Below are positions 24,052 through 36,805 of a DNA stretch of 64,000 bases, in pieces. A program made the position numbers and the translations under genes. This DNA comes from Rebecca billardiae RCC1528 (Eukaryota; Protista; Haptophyta), in contig OZ251225.1 in assembly GCA_965240325.2 (NCBI GenBank), forward strand, positions 4,030,001-4,094,000, written 5' to 3'. How positions within the stretch are numbered: position 1 is the first letter of the stretch; every line of letters starts with the position of its first letter. The notes beneath the pieces were generated by a model. The model saw nothing but the letters and a program-made list of their open reading frames with translations, ran no database searches and was not told the origin of the DNA.

Positions 24052-25610
24052 GACTACTGTGGAGCGCCGGGGGGCGAGGCGGGCGCCGCGGCGGTCAGCG
24101 CGGCGGCGCGGCGCGCGTCGGAGCGGGCGGCGCGCGGGGCGGGCGCGGCGGCGGCACGCACCGAGAGGGGTTTGGATGCTCGTGCGACGGATCGGTCCGA
24201 GGCCCAAATTGACGGCCTTAAATTTCACGCGGCGCCAATTTGCCGATGCGCGAGTCCGGGCGTGGACGTAACCCGCAAGACCGAGCGTCCGGGGCGGCGC
24301 GAGGCGGTGCCTCCGCCGCAGCGCGATGCGCGCCCGCGCCCGGCCGCCGGCCCTCTCTGCCGGCGCTGCTCGCGGGCGGACGCCGCCGTGGGCGCGCCGC
24401 CCCGGACCAGCGCGGCCGCACTGTGCAAGCGCGGGGCCGTACGCGCGCGCGCGCCGTGTTGCAGCGCGCCGACGGGTCGAGCCGTCGTCGCGTGCGACGG
24501 TGTGCGGCAGCGGCACCCATCGCCTTTGCCTCCCACCGCCGAGCGCTGCGGCGGTGGTCGTGTGCCCCAGGTGACGCCCGCGTTGCCCCGGAGCCGCGCG
24601 GCGCCGGCGGCGGGAGACGCGGGGTTCAAGCAGCCAGCCAGCTCCTCCGCATCCGATCTCAGCGGCACGGCTCGAGCGTGGCCCGATACTCGGAGCAGAC
24701 CGCGGCGGGCCGCGCTCGGTCCGCGTCGTGCACGTGTCGGGAGTGCCACGCCGCAGCCGTTGGGCGCGGGGCGCAGGCGCCGCTGCTCCCGTCCCGGAGC
24801 GGGGCCGCCCGCGTGCGCCGCAAGGTGGCAGCACACGGCATCATGGTCGCCTCGCGAGCCGCAGGCCGCCCCAGCCCCGCCGCCCCGCGTGGCTGGGCTC
24901 GCCGGGCCGGCCGTGCGGCCCGGCCATCGCGACTGTGCGCATGCCGCCGCCTCCCGGAGACCCTGCAGCGGCCCGGTGCGCCGATAGGCGGCGAGATCCC
25001 GGCGGACGTGGGCCGGCGCGCGCGGGCAGGAAGAGCGCATCCGCGGCCCGCACGGCGCGCGCCCTTGCCGGGCCGTGTGGTCACCACTCGACTCTGCACT
25101 GCTCGGCCGGAGTGGCCGGGACCGCTGACCCGCGGGGCCACGGGCGCGGCACACGGCCGCGCACTGGCCGACCCGGGGCACCCTCGCCGCGGAATCATCT
25201 GATCTGGTATGAGGATCATCATCATCGTCGTCCGCCCGAGCACTACTTGGGTCCGTCACTCACGGTGCCTGGGGCTCGAAGGCCGCAAGTGCGCTCCGAC
25301 GCGCGGCGGTCCGCCGGTGGCGGGTGGGGTGCTGCAGACTCAGACTCAGAGAGTCTAGAATGAGGCTGCTGAGGGTGAGGGAGGCTTTGCAGCAGCGGCA
25401 GACGGGCCATGGACGGCCAGCGCGGGCCGACCAGCCGACATTGTCGCCCCCGAGCGATCGGCTCGACTCTCTAGATGGGTCGTATCAGTGGATTCAAACA
25501 ACGACAGGGTCGACCGGCGCCGTCACGATTCAGTACTACCAGACTCGATCGTCGCTACCCCATCAAATGCACGCATGAGCGGCCGACCGTTGCGGCAGCA
25601 GGCTGGACGC

Positions 25611-26195
25611 TTAGTTGTAGAGGAAGGGGAGGCCCGTGAGCAGGTTGTTGAGGCCGTCGAAGCCCGGCTGCACGAAGTTCTGCGAGTCGTGGCGGAGCAG
25701 CTCGAGGATCGCGAGCATCGCGAGGCGGCCGTGCTGCAGCTCCTGCAGCGAGCGCTTCTCGAGCTCCGCCGCGTCCAGGTCCGGGATGCCAACCTCCTCG
25801 AACTTGAGGAAGCCGTACACGTCGACCGCGCCGACGAGGAAGAAGATCTGCGCCCAGCCGAGCGACGGGACCACGTCGATCGCCGCCACGCCGTTCGGGA
25901 TGTCCGCGAACTTAAGGCCCGGCGCGATCTCGCCCGGGAAGCGGTACACCTCCTGCACGACGTAGCCCACCACGGCGAGCTGCGCGACGCGGCCGTGCTT
26001 GAGCTCGCACGTGCGGTACTGCTCGAAGGTCGCCTCGTCGATGTTCCGCGTCAGGTCCGCCGGGTCCCAGAACCCCGTCGGCTGGATCACACCCAGCTCC
26101 TTCGACGCATCGAACATCTGCACGCGCGACGACGCCGGGCGCATGAGCGCCGGGCCGTTGAAGGCGAGGGCCGAGACGAGGAGCTGCGCGAACAT
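25611..26195 (-). CDS. Fucoxanthin-chlorophyll a/c binding protein (Lhcq-like subfamily inferred), 194 aa
   Basis: MFAQLLVSALAF; GFWDP, ELKHGRVAQLA, ELQHGRLAMLA and C-terminal GLPFLY. Confidence 0.93.
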   Translation of the reverse strand: MFAQLLVSALAFNGPALMRPASSRVQMFDASKELGVIQPTGFWDPADLTRNIDEATFEQYRTCELKHGRVAQLAVVGYVVQEVYRFPGEIAPGLKFADIPNGVAAIDVVPSLGWAQIFFLVGAVDVYGFLKFEEVGIPDLDAAELEKRSLQELQHGRLAMLAILELLRHDSQNFVQPGFDGLNNLLTGLPFLYN

Positions 26196-29097
26196 GGCTA
26201 CGACGGTGTCTGCGCGGCGCCGAGCGTCGCGCGGGGCGCGGCCCGATCAGCGGCGGCGCGGCGGGCGCGCCGAGCGCGCGGCGGCGGCGGCGACAAGGTC
26301 GTGGCGGTCGGCGAGCGAGCGCGCACCCTTTGTGCGATGCGGCCGATACTCGCGATGCGTGCGCGCCCCTTGCGGCGGCGGCGGCGATCCGGAACCAAGC
26401 CGCAATTAAGATTTACGCGCGCGCTCCCGCGAGCCGGATCGAGACTCGGAGAGCGCGATGAAACGGCGCAGAGCTACCCGGCGGATTACCCGCGCCGAAA
26501 GGGCGAGAAAGGGAGCCGCGTCCGGTGCCGTCGCGTCGGGCCGCGCCGTCACGTCCATTCAAGGAGCGCGTGCGCGGCCCACGAGCTTGCGGGTGCCCCC
26601 GAGCTGCGGGTGCCCGTGGGCACTCTGCGCACGGCAGAGGCGGCACGCGGCGTAGAGTGGCCCGCGTCGCACGCCCCTTGGCAGGTGTTGGCCCGACTGT
26701 CAATGCTGGGAGGCGCTGGGCCCGAGGAGGCAACCTCGGGTTGGGCCCGGGTGACCGGCGTGGGCAAGCGCCGCGCGACTGCGACCGTGGCGCTCGCCGT
26801 CCACCGCGGGGATTGCAGTACGGATGGAGCAGCAGTCGTCGTAGTGGCGGCATGTCACTCCCAATACGGTCACCGGCGCCAACGGCGCGCCACAGCGGCC
26901 GGCTGTGGCCTTGGAGCCGGACCCCTTCCGTGTACGTAGTACGAGTAGGCAGCACTCTTTGCTGCGAGTGACGTCCTCGCAGCGCTGAGGTCCACTGTCT
27001 GGTGCTGCCCAGCAGGCGGGGCGGCCGCCCGGGCCGGCCGTCGGCGCACACGCTGTGTCGAGGCCAGTGCGGGCTACCACTCCGGGCGGCGGAGTCGGCT
27101 CGCGAGCTGTGTGTGTGGCGGCGGTGGGCCGACGGGCGCGGGGCGGACCGGGCCGGTGCCACAAAGGCCGGCCAGGCTGGTCGGTCAGCTGCTCGAAGAC
27201 GGCCAGCGGGCCTACAGCGCCAGCGGGCCACCGGCACTGGGGCCGCCTCTGGACGCCCGCGGTCCCCGTCCGGCGGACGGACGGTCCCAGACCGGCGGTT
27301 GGCAGGCGCCCCATGAGTGAGGCGGTAGTCGCCACGGCAGTATACTGTAGTATGTATCTGGCGGCTCACCAGGCAACGCTTAGAACTCATGCGGCTGCTG
27401 CTGCACTGATCTAGCTCGTCAAGTGATGACACTGCGAGTACGATCTGCATGCACGACGACCGCCGTGGACTGCACGACAGAGCGACGCAGCAGACCGGGC
27501 GCGGTCTGGATGATCGTCATCGAGCGGTGGCGGTCCCCGGCGAATCCGCCTCGCCGCTCGCGGCGGCGTGCCTGCTGTCTCAGCGGCCAGGCACCAGGCC
27601 CACTTGGATCTCCGCCGGGACTTCTGACGTACCGACGTACCGGGTCGGCAGGCGCACGGGCCGCAGGCGCCATCCGCGCGTGCTGCTTGGCAGCGTGAGC
27701 GTGCAGCCTGGAGGAGCTGCTGCTCGTCCTCGGGCGCTACTCTATCTACTGACGGCTGAGGCCGAGCCGCTCGCAATCGCATCACTGGCGAGTTGTATCT
27801 CTACTGCCGTCACTGTGACCGTGCTCCGCAGCACAGCTGCCCGGCCCCGGCACGCAAATCCGATTCCGGCCGGGTGCCAGAGTCACACGGCTGATGCACG
27901 TCCGCCCGAGCAGCGGCCGTTCCGCGCCCCGCCGGCGCCCCGCGCCCGCCGCCGACCGCGCCGGGCGACCGGGCGGCGGGCCGGCCCCGGCGGGCCCGCC
28001 CCACCATCATTCGGATGATCGAATTATTCAGCGCATCGATCATGCAGACGGAATTTATAATATCACTACGTCGCGCCTGCGGCTGATCGAGACTAGTCGT
28101 TATATAGCTGATGAATATAATATATATATATATAATTCATATTTAATTAATACTATATTTTAATGCGGCACTGTGATGATCATGATGATGATGATGCAAT
28201 TTGAATTTATTATAATATATATTGGATTGACCGGTCGTGGCACGTTGGCCCAATCACGCAATCGGGCCAGAGTCACGCGATTCATATTTCAGTCATACTC
28301 GGTTAGATATATTCATTAGTATAATAATAACTAGATTAATCATCGCCATCGGTCTCGGACTGAAATGGACGAATAAATAATTTAATTTAATAATGATGAT
28401 GGATCGGTCCCCTTGTGATCTGGGCGCGGGCCGCGGCATGAATCGATCGACGCGCGCCGTACGGCCGCAGCACATGACACATCACGCGCATCATCATATC
28501 ATGATGACGCAGCATCACTGTTCTAAAGACGATGCGGCGATGCTGGTGCGCCACTGAGCCTGAGGCTCAGTGATTGATGAGGCTCAGTGACTCTCTGTCA
28601 GTCAACGTCACGACTGCGCCCGCACAAAGATCTGCATTCGAAGATCCGGCATCTGCCCGCCGCTGCGAGCGTGCCACCGGGGGACAAGCGGCAGGGCGGC
28701 GCCGTCCGGCGAGCGAGACGTCCCCAATGACCAGGCCTCGCCTTGGCCCCGTCACGGCCAACCCGCCCGAAGACCGACGCGCTGCCAGCTCGCGCGGCCG
28801 GCCGGCCGGCCGGCCGCGCCGCGCCCAGCTCGTGCGCCGCCATCGACGCGGCGCGCTCAGCCAGCCGCACCAGGCGGAGCGCGGGCGCGCCGGCGCCAGC
28901 GGGCACGCCGAGGCGCGGCGTCGCTTCCACTGACTCGAGCGGCCGCAGCGCACCGCGCGCGCGCCGCTCGCCCGCGCCCAGAGCCGCTCGAGCCGCCAGG
29001 CTTGGTGCGCCGCAGCGTGATGGCCGCCGCCGTGCCCTCGCCCGCGCGAGGCGCGGCGGCCATCGCGCCCGAGGACGGGCGCCCTGCGGCCCGCGGC

Positions 29098-29574
29098 CTA
29101 GATGGCCTTACCCGACGCGGTGTACGCCTTGGTCCACAAGCGCTCGACCGCGGCGTCGCCCTCGCCGTTCGCCCGCACAAACCCCGAGAGCGCGATGGTC
29201 GTGCAGTCGCCCGTGAACACGCCGTTGGCGTCTGCGCGCACGCGCGCGCGCGGCGGCGGCGCGGCCGCGGAGCGTCGGCACGGCTGGCGTCCAGGCGGGC
29301 GGCGTGGGCGCGCGCGCGCGCGCGCGCGCTGGAGGGGGCGCGGCTCACGCACCGACGTGGCCGATGTTGAGCTGCACGCTTGCCCGGTCCTTTGCGTGGA
29401 TGAGCCGGTTGGTCGCCGAGCTGCGCGGCGCGCGGCCGAGGGGGCAGGCGCACGTGAGCGGCCGGCGGGCGGGCTGGCAAGGTGGCGATCGACGCGCCCG
29501 CGCCGAGCGAGACGCGCCGCGCACCACTTGCGCGGGATGTACAGGTCGACGTTCTGCCCCTCGTTGTTGATCAT
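29098..29574 (-). CDS. RPS21: 40S ribosomal protein S21 (eS21), 3 exons
   Basis: Exons 29574-29525, 29420-29353 and 29231-29098 give [43 protein letters not shown]...[13 protein letters not shown]. Confidence 0.96.
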   Translation of the reverse strand: MINNEGQNVDLYIPRKWCAARLARRGRVDRHLASPPAGRSRAPAPSAARRAARRPTGSSTQRTGQACSSTSATSVREPRPLQRARARARPRRPPGRQPCRRSAAAPPPRARVRADANGVFTGDCTTIALSGFVRANGEGDAAVERLWTKAYTASGKAI

Positions 29575-29957
29575 GGCGCCCTCGCGAGTCCCGCTGGCTG
29601 CGTGGTACGTCGATCGGGCCGGACCGCCGGCGGCACGCCCGGACAGGCCGTTCGACCAGCGATGGCGGACGACGTTACTATCGTAACTGCTGATTATAAC
29701 TTGGGTTGATGGCACTAACTACTTACAGCATCGCCGCGCTTGGGAGTTTGCCCAGCGTTGGGGCAGACTCGGCGCAGCGCGGGGGCGATCTCGACGCGGG
29801 GGCAACGTCCAGGCAGCATCGCGACCGCTCCCGACCAGAAGCCCAGGCTGGGCAGCAGCCGCGCCCTCGGACAGTGACACGGCCCGGTCAGCCGCCAGCG
29901 GCAACATGCCGGAGCCCCCGGGACACCGCGCCGCGCCGGCAAGACGTGCCGGCGGCC

Positions 29958-31186
29958 TCAGCCGTCCGCCTTGAGCCGGCTGGCGCGCTCAATGGCGTCG
30001 GCCTCGCGCAGCAGCGGCCCGTACTTCTTGCGCATGTCGCTGTCCACCGCGCCGCCCTTGGTGAGCAGCCCTTTGAGCTCGACGAGGCACGCCTGCGCCC
30101 AGCAGCAGTGCACAGCGCAGAGGGCGCGCGCGCGCGCACGGCTCAGCGCGCGCGCGAGGGCGCGAGCGCGCGGCGCGGCTGGGCGCGCGCGCGCACCCGC
30201 GCGTCGATCTCGGGCAGCGGCGCGGGCGCCGAGGGCAGCGCGCTCGGCGTGCACGGCTTGGGCGGCAGGTGCGCCGCCTTGTGCGTCGCCCAGTCCTCCG
30301 AGCCCATCACGCCGCACACAAACGCGCCCGCGCCCTCCACGCAGTCCACGTCGAGCGAGCCGGCGTGCACGCGGCAGAAGTGCAGCACGCGCGGCACGAT
30401 GGAGTGGCGCTTGAGCAGGTCCGTCACGCGCGCCTCGTCCAGCGCGTCCAGCTGCTTCACCATCGACGCGAGGTACAGAGGCACGGCGCTCTCCTGCGTG
30501 CGGTTCAGCTCGAGCGAGCCGACCGCGCACGCGCTCGCGGCGTCGAGCACCTCGGCCGCGTGCTCGAGCAGCTCGGGCATGTCGATGGTCTGCAGCGGCT
30601 CGACGTGCTCGAACGCGCACTGCCACGCGCGGCGGCGCGGTTCAAAACGGCCGCTCAGCGCGCGCGCGCGCGCGCGCGAGCGGCGGGCGCGCGGCGCGAG
30701 CGGCGCGCGCGCGCGCGCTCCGCGCCGCACCTTGAGCAGCACGGAGAGCGACTGCTCGAAGACGAGGCAGCGCGCCCCGAGCGCCTTGGCGTCCATGCCC
30801 GCGCGCGAGGCCACCGCCGCCGTCGAGCTCTCGCCGTCGCCGCTCGCGTCCGCGCTGGCGAGCGCGCGCTGCGCCGCCTTGTACTCGTGCATCAGCCTGA
30901 GGCAGAGGTTGAGCTTGCCCTCCTCGAGCAGGAAGCGGACGGTGAGCTCCTCGCCCTCCCACAGCGTCGTCGCCGAGTCCTGCTCGCGCGGCAGCCGGTG
31001 CTCCATCATCGCGATGTTGGAGATGTGCAGCAGCGAGTCGACCATCGCGAGCCACTCCTTGCTGTGCGCGCGGTGCGAGTCGAGCTTGCGCACGTGCTTG
31101 CGCAGGTCGACCGCGAGCTTGCGCGAGAGGTCGTCGAGGGACGAGCCGTCGGCGCTCGCCTCGTACTGCGGCTTGCGGCTGAACAT
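29958..31186 (-). CDS. Hypothetical protein (spliced, helical)
   Basis: Host codon usage and complex sequence (MFSRKPQYE...TLWEGEELTVRFLLEEGKLNLCLRLM). GT-AG introns near 30730-30625 and 30195-30093. Function not recognised. Confidence 0.6.
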
Positions 31187-31383
31187 CGCGCGCCCACCGC
31201 GCCGCGCGCGCGCCGACGAGCACGCGCTCCGCGCCGCTCCCGGCGCGCGTCTGGAGGAGGCCTCCTCCCTACCGCGCGCGCAGCGAGGCACTGGTCCGAG
31301 GGGCGGGCTGGGCTCTCTGTGGATCCGGGCGGCCCTCGCCGCCGGACGCGCCACGCAGCTTTTGGCCGGCCGACGCGAGAGCG

Positions 31384-32520
31384 ATGGGGCCAAACAGGCA
31401 CGGCCGCGCGCTGCTCGCGCTCGTCGCGCTGCTCGCGGGCGCGCGCGGCGCGGGCGGGGCGGTGCACCCGCTCCGCCTCCGCGCGGCCGTGCACGCGCCG
31501 CGCGCGCGCGCCGTCTGCTCCGACGCGCCGCGCCCCGCGCCGCCGGGCGCGCGGCGGCACACGGACGAGTCGCGCGCCAAGATCTCCGCGGCCAACAAGG
31601 GGAAGACGCCGTGGAACGCGGGGCGGCGGCACTCGGCCGAGACGATCGCGCTCATCCGCGTGCGCACGGCGGAGGCCATGGCCGCGCGCCGCCGCGAGCG
31701 CGACGCGTGGCTCGCCGCGCACCCCGAGGAGGCGGCCGCGCTCGCGGCGCGCGCCGAGGAGAAGCGCCAGGCGCGGCTCGAGACGCAGCGCCAGCAGCGC
31801 GCCGCCGCGCGCGCGGAGCGCGCGGCGCGGCGCGAGGCGGAGAAGGCGGCGCGCGCCGCCGCGCGCGCCGCCGCCGCCGCGCGCGGCGAGCCGCTCCCGC
31901 CGCCCTCGCCCTCGCCGCGGCGCGCGCGCGCGCCGCGGCCGCCGCCCTCGCCCGAGGTGCGCGCGCGCATCGCCGCGACGCTGCGCGAGCGCTGGCTCGA
32001 CCCCGCGTACCGCGCGGCGCGCGGGCAGCCCGCGCTGTCCAACGCGACGCGCGCCAAGCTCTCAAGCGCGATGAAGGCGCGCTGGGCCAACCGCACCGCC
32101 CTGGCGCCCGCGCAGGGCGGCGCGGGCCGCGCGCACTCGGCGGAGCGCAGGGTGCGGCGCGGCGCGGCGCCGCGCCGCGCGCGCCGCCGCGCGCGCCGCG
32201 CGCGCGGGCTGGCTCGTCACGCGCCCGCCCGCTCGCGCCGCGCCGCGCGCGCGCAGGCGAAGATCGCCGCGTCGGTGCGCGCGCGCTGGCAGGACGAGGG
32301 CTACCGCAACCGCACGCTCTCGGCGATACGCGAGGCGGCCGCGCTGCGCAGCCCGCGCGCAAAGCGCACCGCGCAGCAGCAGCGCCCCGACCGCACGGGC
32401 GCCGCGCCTCGGCGCGCGCGCGCGGAGCGCGCGCCGCGCGCGCCGCGCGCGCGCGCGTCGTCGCGCGCGCCCAAGCTGGGCGCGCACGGCCTCGCCACCG
32501 CCGCGCCGCCGCCCGGCGCC

Positions 32521-32551
<31 letters not shown>

Positions 32552-33178
32552 GCGCGCGTGGCGGCCTGTCCGCTGCGGACGAGGAGCTGACGGACGCCGC
32601 GTCCCGCGCGCGCATGCGCCTCACGCGCGCGGCCGCGACGAGCGGCGCGGAGGACGCGGGCCCGCCGCGCTCGGCGAGCGCGGGCGCGGCGCCCGCGCTG
32701 GGCGACGCGCTCTCGCCGCCCGCGCCCCTCGCGGCGGGCCAGCCCCAGCCCCAGCCCCAGCCGCCGCCGCCGCCGCAGCTGCAGCCGCGCGGGCGCGGCC
32801 GGCCGCGCGGCTCGGGCAAGGGGCGGGCGGGCGCGGCGCGCGGCCGCGCGGCGGTCGAGGCGGCGCGCACGACGGCGGCCCTGCAGCGCCGGCTGCAGGC
32901 GTCGCTGGCCGAGCTCGACATTGCGCCCACGCACAGGCGGCTCTTCCCGCAGGTGCGCCGGCCGCGCGCCCTCCCTCTCGCGCGCGCCCTCTCGCGCGCG
33001 CGCGCTCAGCCGCGCCGCGCGCGCGCGCGCTCCGTGCGCTGTGCGCGCGCAGGGCGCTCCGGAGGACACCGACTTTGCGCAGACGCTGCTCGCGACGCTG
33101 CTGAGCGGCGCCGAGTCCGCGGCCGTGCACGCGGACGGGGAGGGGCTGGGCGCGGAGCAGCCCCTCGAGCAGGAGTAG
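31384..33178 (+). CDS. NUMOD3-motif protein, probably plastid-targeted (spliced)
   Basis: Signal peptide, then HTDESRAKISAANKGKTPWNAGRRHSAETIALIR plus further 'RAKIS/IAA...RW' repeats. Introns near 32152-32256 and 32953-33052. Confidence 0.7.
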
Positions 33179-34788
33179 CAGTGGGGCTGGCGGCTGCCGA
33201 CCGAGGCGACCGTCCGCGCGTCTTGACTACGGACTGCGCTGCGCTCGATCACGGCTATGTGCGAATCAAGGCCTATATGGTCGGCCATGACCGATGATAT
33301 TGGCCGCTAGTTGGCCGCTAGGCGGCCATGGCCGATGGTTAGCGGTCGACCAGCCATCTCTGGCCGATGGGTATTACTGTTGGCGGCCGATATGGGCCCC
33401 GATATGGCCGTCCGGCGCCACCGGCGGGCCGCGCGGCCCCGCCGGAGCCCGGCGGAGCGGCCGCGCCGGACGGCATGGCCACGGCGACGGTCGTACGGCT
33501 ACGGTCCGAGAGGGCGGCCCCGGGGCTCGGCCGACCCAACTGGTGGCGGACTTGTTGAGCCCCAATGGCGGTCTCGACCGAGCGCGCTTGCTTAGCCGCT
33601 TGGCACAGGTCCGTGTGTATGTGCCTGTCGTGATATATTAGACTACTGATGTAGTGTGTTGGCATATCGTCTGATTCTTATTCTGATTAATAGTATATCA
33701 TCATATCATCATCAATTCATCAGTAATACGACAGACGACTATGTCTCACTGATGATATCGTCGTCCGCTTTATTTTGACGATGCTGTATTCTGGCTCTGC
33801 GCGCCGGCCCTGTGACTGTGTGAGTGTATAGGACGCGAGCCCGGCGATATTGATACTAGGTGCAGGCCGGCGAGCCCGGCGAGACTCCGAGGGCGAGTCA
33901 GCGGCCGCACCCGCGCCCGCGACCGCGCCCACGCCCGCGCCCACGACCCCTACTTCTGCCACGGCTCGCGCTTGCACTGCCAGCAGCGCTGCGGCATCGT
34001 CTGCCCTGAGACGCGGCGACTGCGGCAGCCTCGCGCGGCGAGCAGACCGGAGCGGTGGCTGCCGCAGCAGCACAGACAGTACTCACTCAGTAGTCAGCTG
34101 CAAGCAGCTAGTGCGACGAGATCATGCCCAGACAGAGTCAAGCCGACCTCGTTGGGGTACCATACATTCTGCCCGAGTGGTGATCGAATAACCTTGCGCC
34201 GAAAAAGAAAAAAGGATGAATGAATATATATATCGTCCTTTATTCATTCATTCGTCGTAGTCGGCCACTGGCCGATGAACGGGCGAAAGTGGGCATCCTG
34301 TGGCCGACGGGTTGGCCGACGCCAGTCGAGGCTTGATTCGCACACAGGATCACGGTGATCGGCAGCGGCACACGCGCGTACGTGCTGGCGTACTGATCGA
34401 TCAGCGGAAATCCGGCTGCTGCTGCTGAGTGATGCTGACTGATCTACATATATGCTGCTGGTGGGCCTCATCAGCAGCATGCAGCACGGCAGCTAGAGAG
34501 AGTGACTGAATCGAGCCTGACGGTAAGAGTCAGCAGAGATCGAGATATCTAGCTGATGAGTAGCACTAGCAGCGCGCGCGCTCGCCGATTAATCCGAATG
34601 CCACGAGGCGGACGAGATGAGCGAGTGCGCCGCCGCCTGCGATCGATGCTCAGCAGCGCTGACGAGCCACTGACGCTGATGATGCGCCGCGGCTGATGCT
34701 GCTATCTCCTCACAGTCACCGGCCGAAGGCTGGACTCCCACCCTCCACTCTCCCGGCAGCCTTCGTCAGCACCGTTTTTGCTGTATAT

Positions 34789-35092
34789 GTGGGGTTATTG
34801 GTACAATAACTGATTGTCTAAGAGGACGACAAGAACGCCGGGCGCCAGCGCCGCTCATCAGCCACATCGCCCTCTACCAGACCATCGCCTCAAAGGGCGC
34901 TGCTCCCGGACAAACAGTCTGTCCGGGTTGTTCTGCCGCCCAGGAGATCGATTTCCGGCGCCGGCCTCTGCCGCCTGCTTCGCCAGGCGCGGCGTGCGAG
35001 ATGGCTCCAGCCAAGCTCGTCCTGCGTCGCCGGCGGCGGCGGCTCGCACGCGGGTGGCGCGTCGCGTGCACCGACCAACATCTTTCGGCAAC
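34789..35092 (+). repeat. Direct repeat A1 (304 bp)
   Basis: gtggggttattggtacaataac...tctttcggcaac, identical by eye to 35806-36109. Confidence 0.95.
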
Positions 35093-35611
35093 TCGGCGGT
35101 AAGCAACGCTCCGCATCGCGCCCCCTCGCGCTTCGGGCCACCGCCTCTTCTCTCTCTGTGTGCGTGCGCACCCTGTGGCTCTTCCGCACCCGCCCCGATC
35201 GCACCGTTCCCTCTTCGCCACATGCCTCCTCCTCCGTGGGTGCGCCCCCACGCGGATCGCTGCTCCATCTCTCCCGCCCTGCCTCGGGATCGCCCCGGTG
35301 CCAACGCCAGCCGGCTCCTACACAAGGACCGCTGGCGGCACACCGCGCGCCGGGCCCCGTGCGCACCCGCGGGCCATTCACAGCATCCGCAAAGGCCGTC
35401 TAGCCTTCTCCTGCTTCCGCAGCGCCGCGCCTCGGGGCCGGCTGCCTGCTATCTCTCCTATTCGGGTTCCGTCTCACTCGCACTGCCCCACCTGCCCAGC
35501 CCCCGCTGGCCGGCCCTCGTGCGTGCGCGACTCACACGTGCCTTGCCCCCTTTCCTTCCCATCACTCAATGGGATTCTCCTCCACGCGGTGCTCCCCAAC
35601 ACACCATGAAA

Positions 35612-35805
35612 CGGGATCACTCACGCACCGCGTCTCGTCGACGGCGAGCGGCATGCCCACCGCATCTGCTGCCGCTCGCCAAGGCATGAGGACACGTAAA
35701 TCCCACTGAGTAGGAACACACGCAGCCGCCTCGGCATCGACATGCCAGGCGGCGTGCCCACCTTCGGCCAGCAGTTGGCGTCGGCGTTCACGAGGACGGC
35801 TAGAC
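35612..35805 (+). repeat. Direct repeat B1 (194 bp)
   Basis: cgggatcactcacgcacc...gaggacggctagac, identical by eye to 53213-53406. Confidence 0.95.
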
Positions 35806-36109
35806 GTGGGGTTATTGGTACAATAACTGATTGTCTAAGAGGACGACAAGAACGCCGGGCGCCAGCGCCGCTCATCAGCCACATCGCCCTCTACCAGACC
35901 ATCGCCTCAAAGGGCGCTGCTCCCGGACAAACAGTCTGTCCGGGTTGTTCTGCCGCCCAGGAGATCGATTTCCGGCGCCGGCCTCTGCCGCCTGCTTCGC
36001 CAGGCGCGGCGTGCGAGATGGCTCCAGCCAAGCTCGTCCTGCGTCGCCGGCGGCGGCGGCTCGCACGCGGGTGGCGCGTCGCGTGCACCGACCAACATCT
36101 TTCGGCAAC
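35806..36109 (+). repeat. Direct repeat A2 (304 bp)
   Basis: Second copy of A, directly following B1. Confidence 0.95.
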
Positions 36110-36466
36110 CCGCCCACCCAGGGCCCGTTGGTCTGGTGCTCGGGCGGCGGGATCACAACACCCGCCGTCCGACCGCCCGGTCTTGCGGCGCTGCACTTAG
36201 GGCTCATGTGACCCCCTGCCTCCCAACATGTTGAGCTGACGAGGCCAGGGGCGCGCATCTCAGCAGATGGCGTCGCCGGCGGTGAGTCAGGGCCGGTGCT
36301 GCAGCAGGCAGACCGGCGGCGCAGCTGCTGCAGAGCAGCAGTGCGGATGAACTGGCACAGTCTGGGGCACGCATCTCAGCAGATGGCGTTGCCGCTGGGG
36401 TGTCAGGGCTGGCGCCGCATCAGGCGGGCCGGCAGCAGCAGCTGCTGCGGAGCAGTGGCTGGCAGC

Positions 36467-36650
36467 GTGTGTGGGAGTATACGGTGCCGCCACCCCACCC
36501 CGCCTCCCCAGCCCTCCCCCGAGCCTACGACTCATCATCCCCGGTTCTCAGTCGAGCCACATCGAGCCACATCGAGCCACATCGAGCCACATCGAGCCAC
36601 GTCGAGCCACGTCGAGCCACGTCGAGCCACGTCGAGCCACGTCGAGCCAC
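36467..36650 (+). repeat. Left TIR of the PLV, including 10 x RTCGAGCCAC
   Basis: gtgtgtgggagtatacggtgccgcc...ccggttctca followed by a decamer array at 36551-36650. Reverse complement of 52348-52501. Confidence 0.92.
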
Positions 36651-36805
36651 CCCGCCGCCCCACCCCAACCCCCGCCGCCACCCCACCCCGCCGCCGCCGC
36701 CACCACCGCCGCCCCACCCCAACCCCCGCCGCCGCCGCCACGCCGCCGCCGCGTTTATTTCGGCGCAATATAAAATCTTACGCACGTGTATAATACTGAC
36801 CTATC

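Noticed and set aside
24100-28950. ORFs in the intergenic regions around the LHC genes
   Set aside because: No domain motifs or coding-type codon bias.
35612-35805. Canonical Helitron 3' end (CTAG)
   Set aside because: The repeat extends 2 bp past CTAG and the other end does not start TC. A rolling-circle origin is not excluded, but it is not canonical.
34789-36109. LTR retrotransposon or solo LTRs
   Set aside because: No TG...CA ends, PBS, PPT or TSD. The repeats interleave as A-B-A-B rather than flanking a body.
36551-36650. Possible CRISPR or telomeric repeat
   Set aside because: Spacerless decamer inside the viral TIR; not TTAGGG-like.
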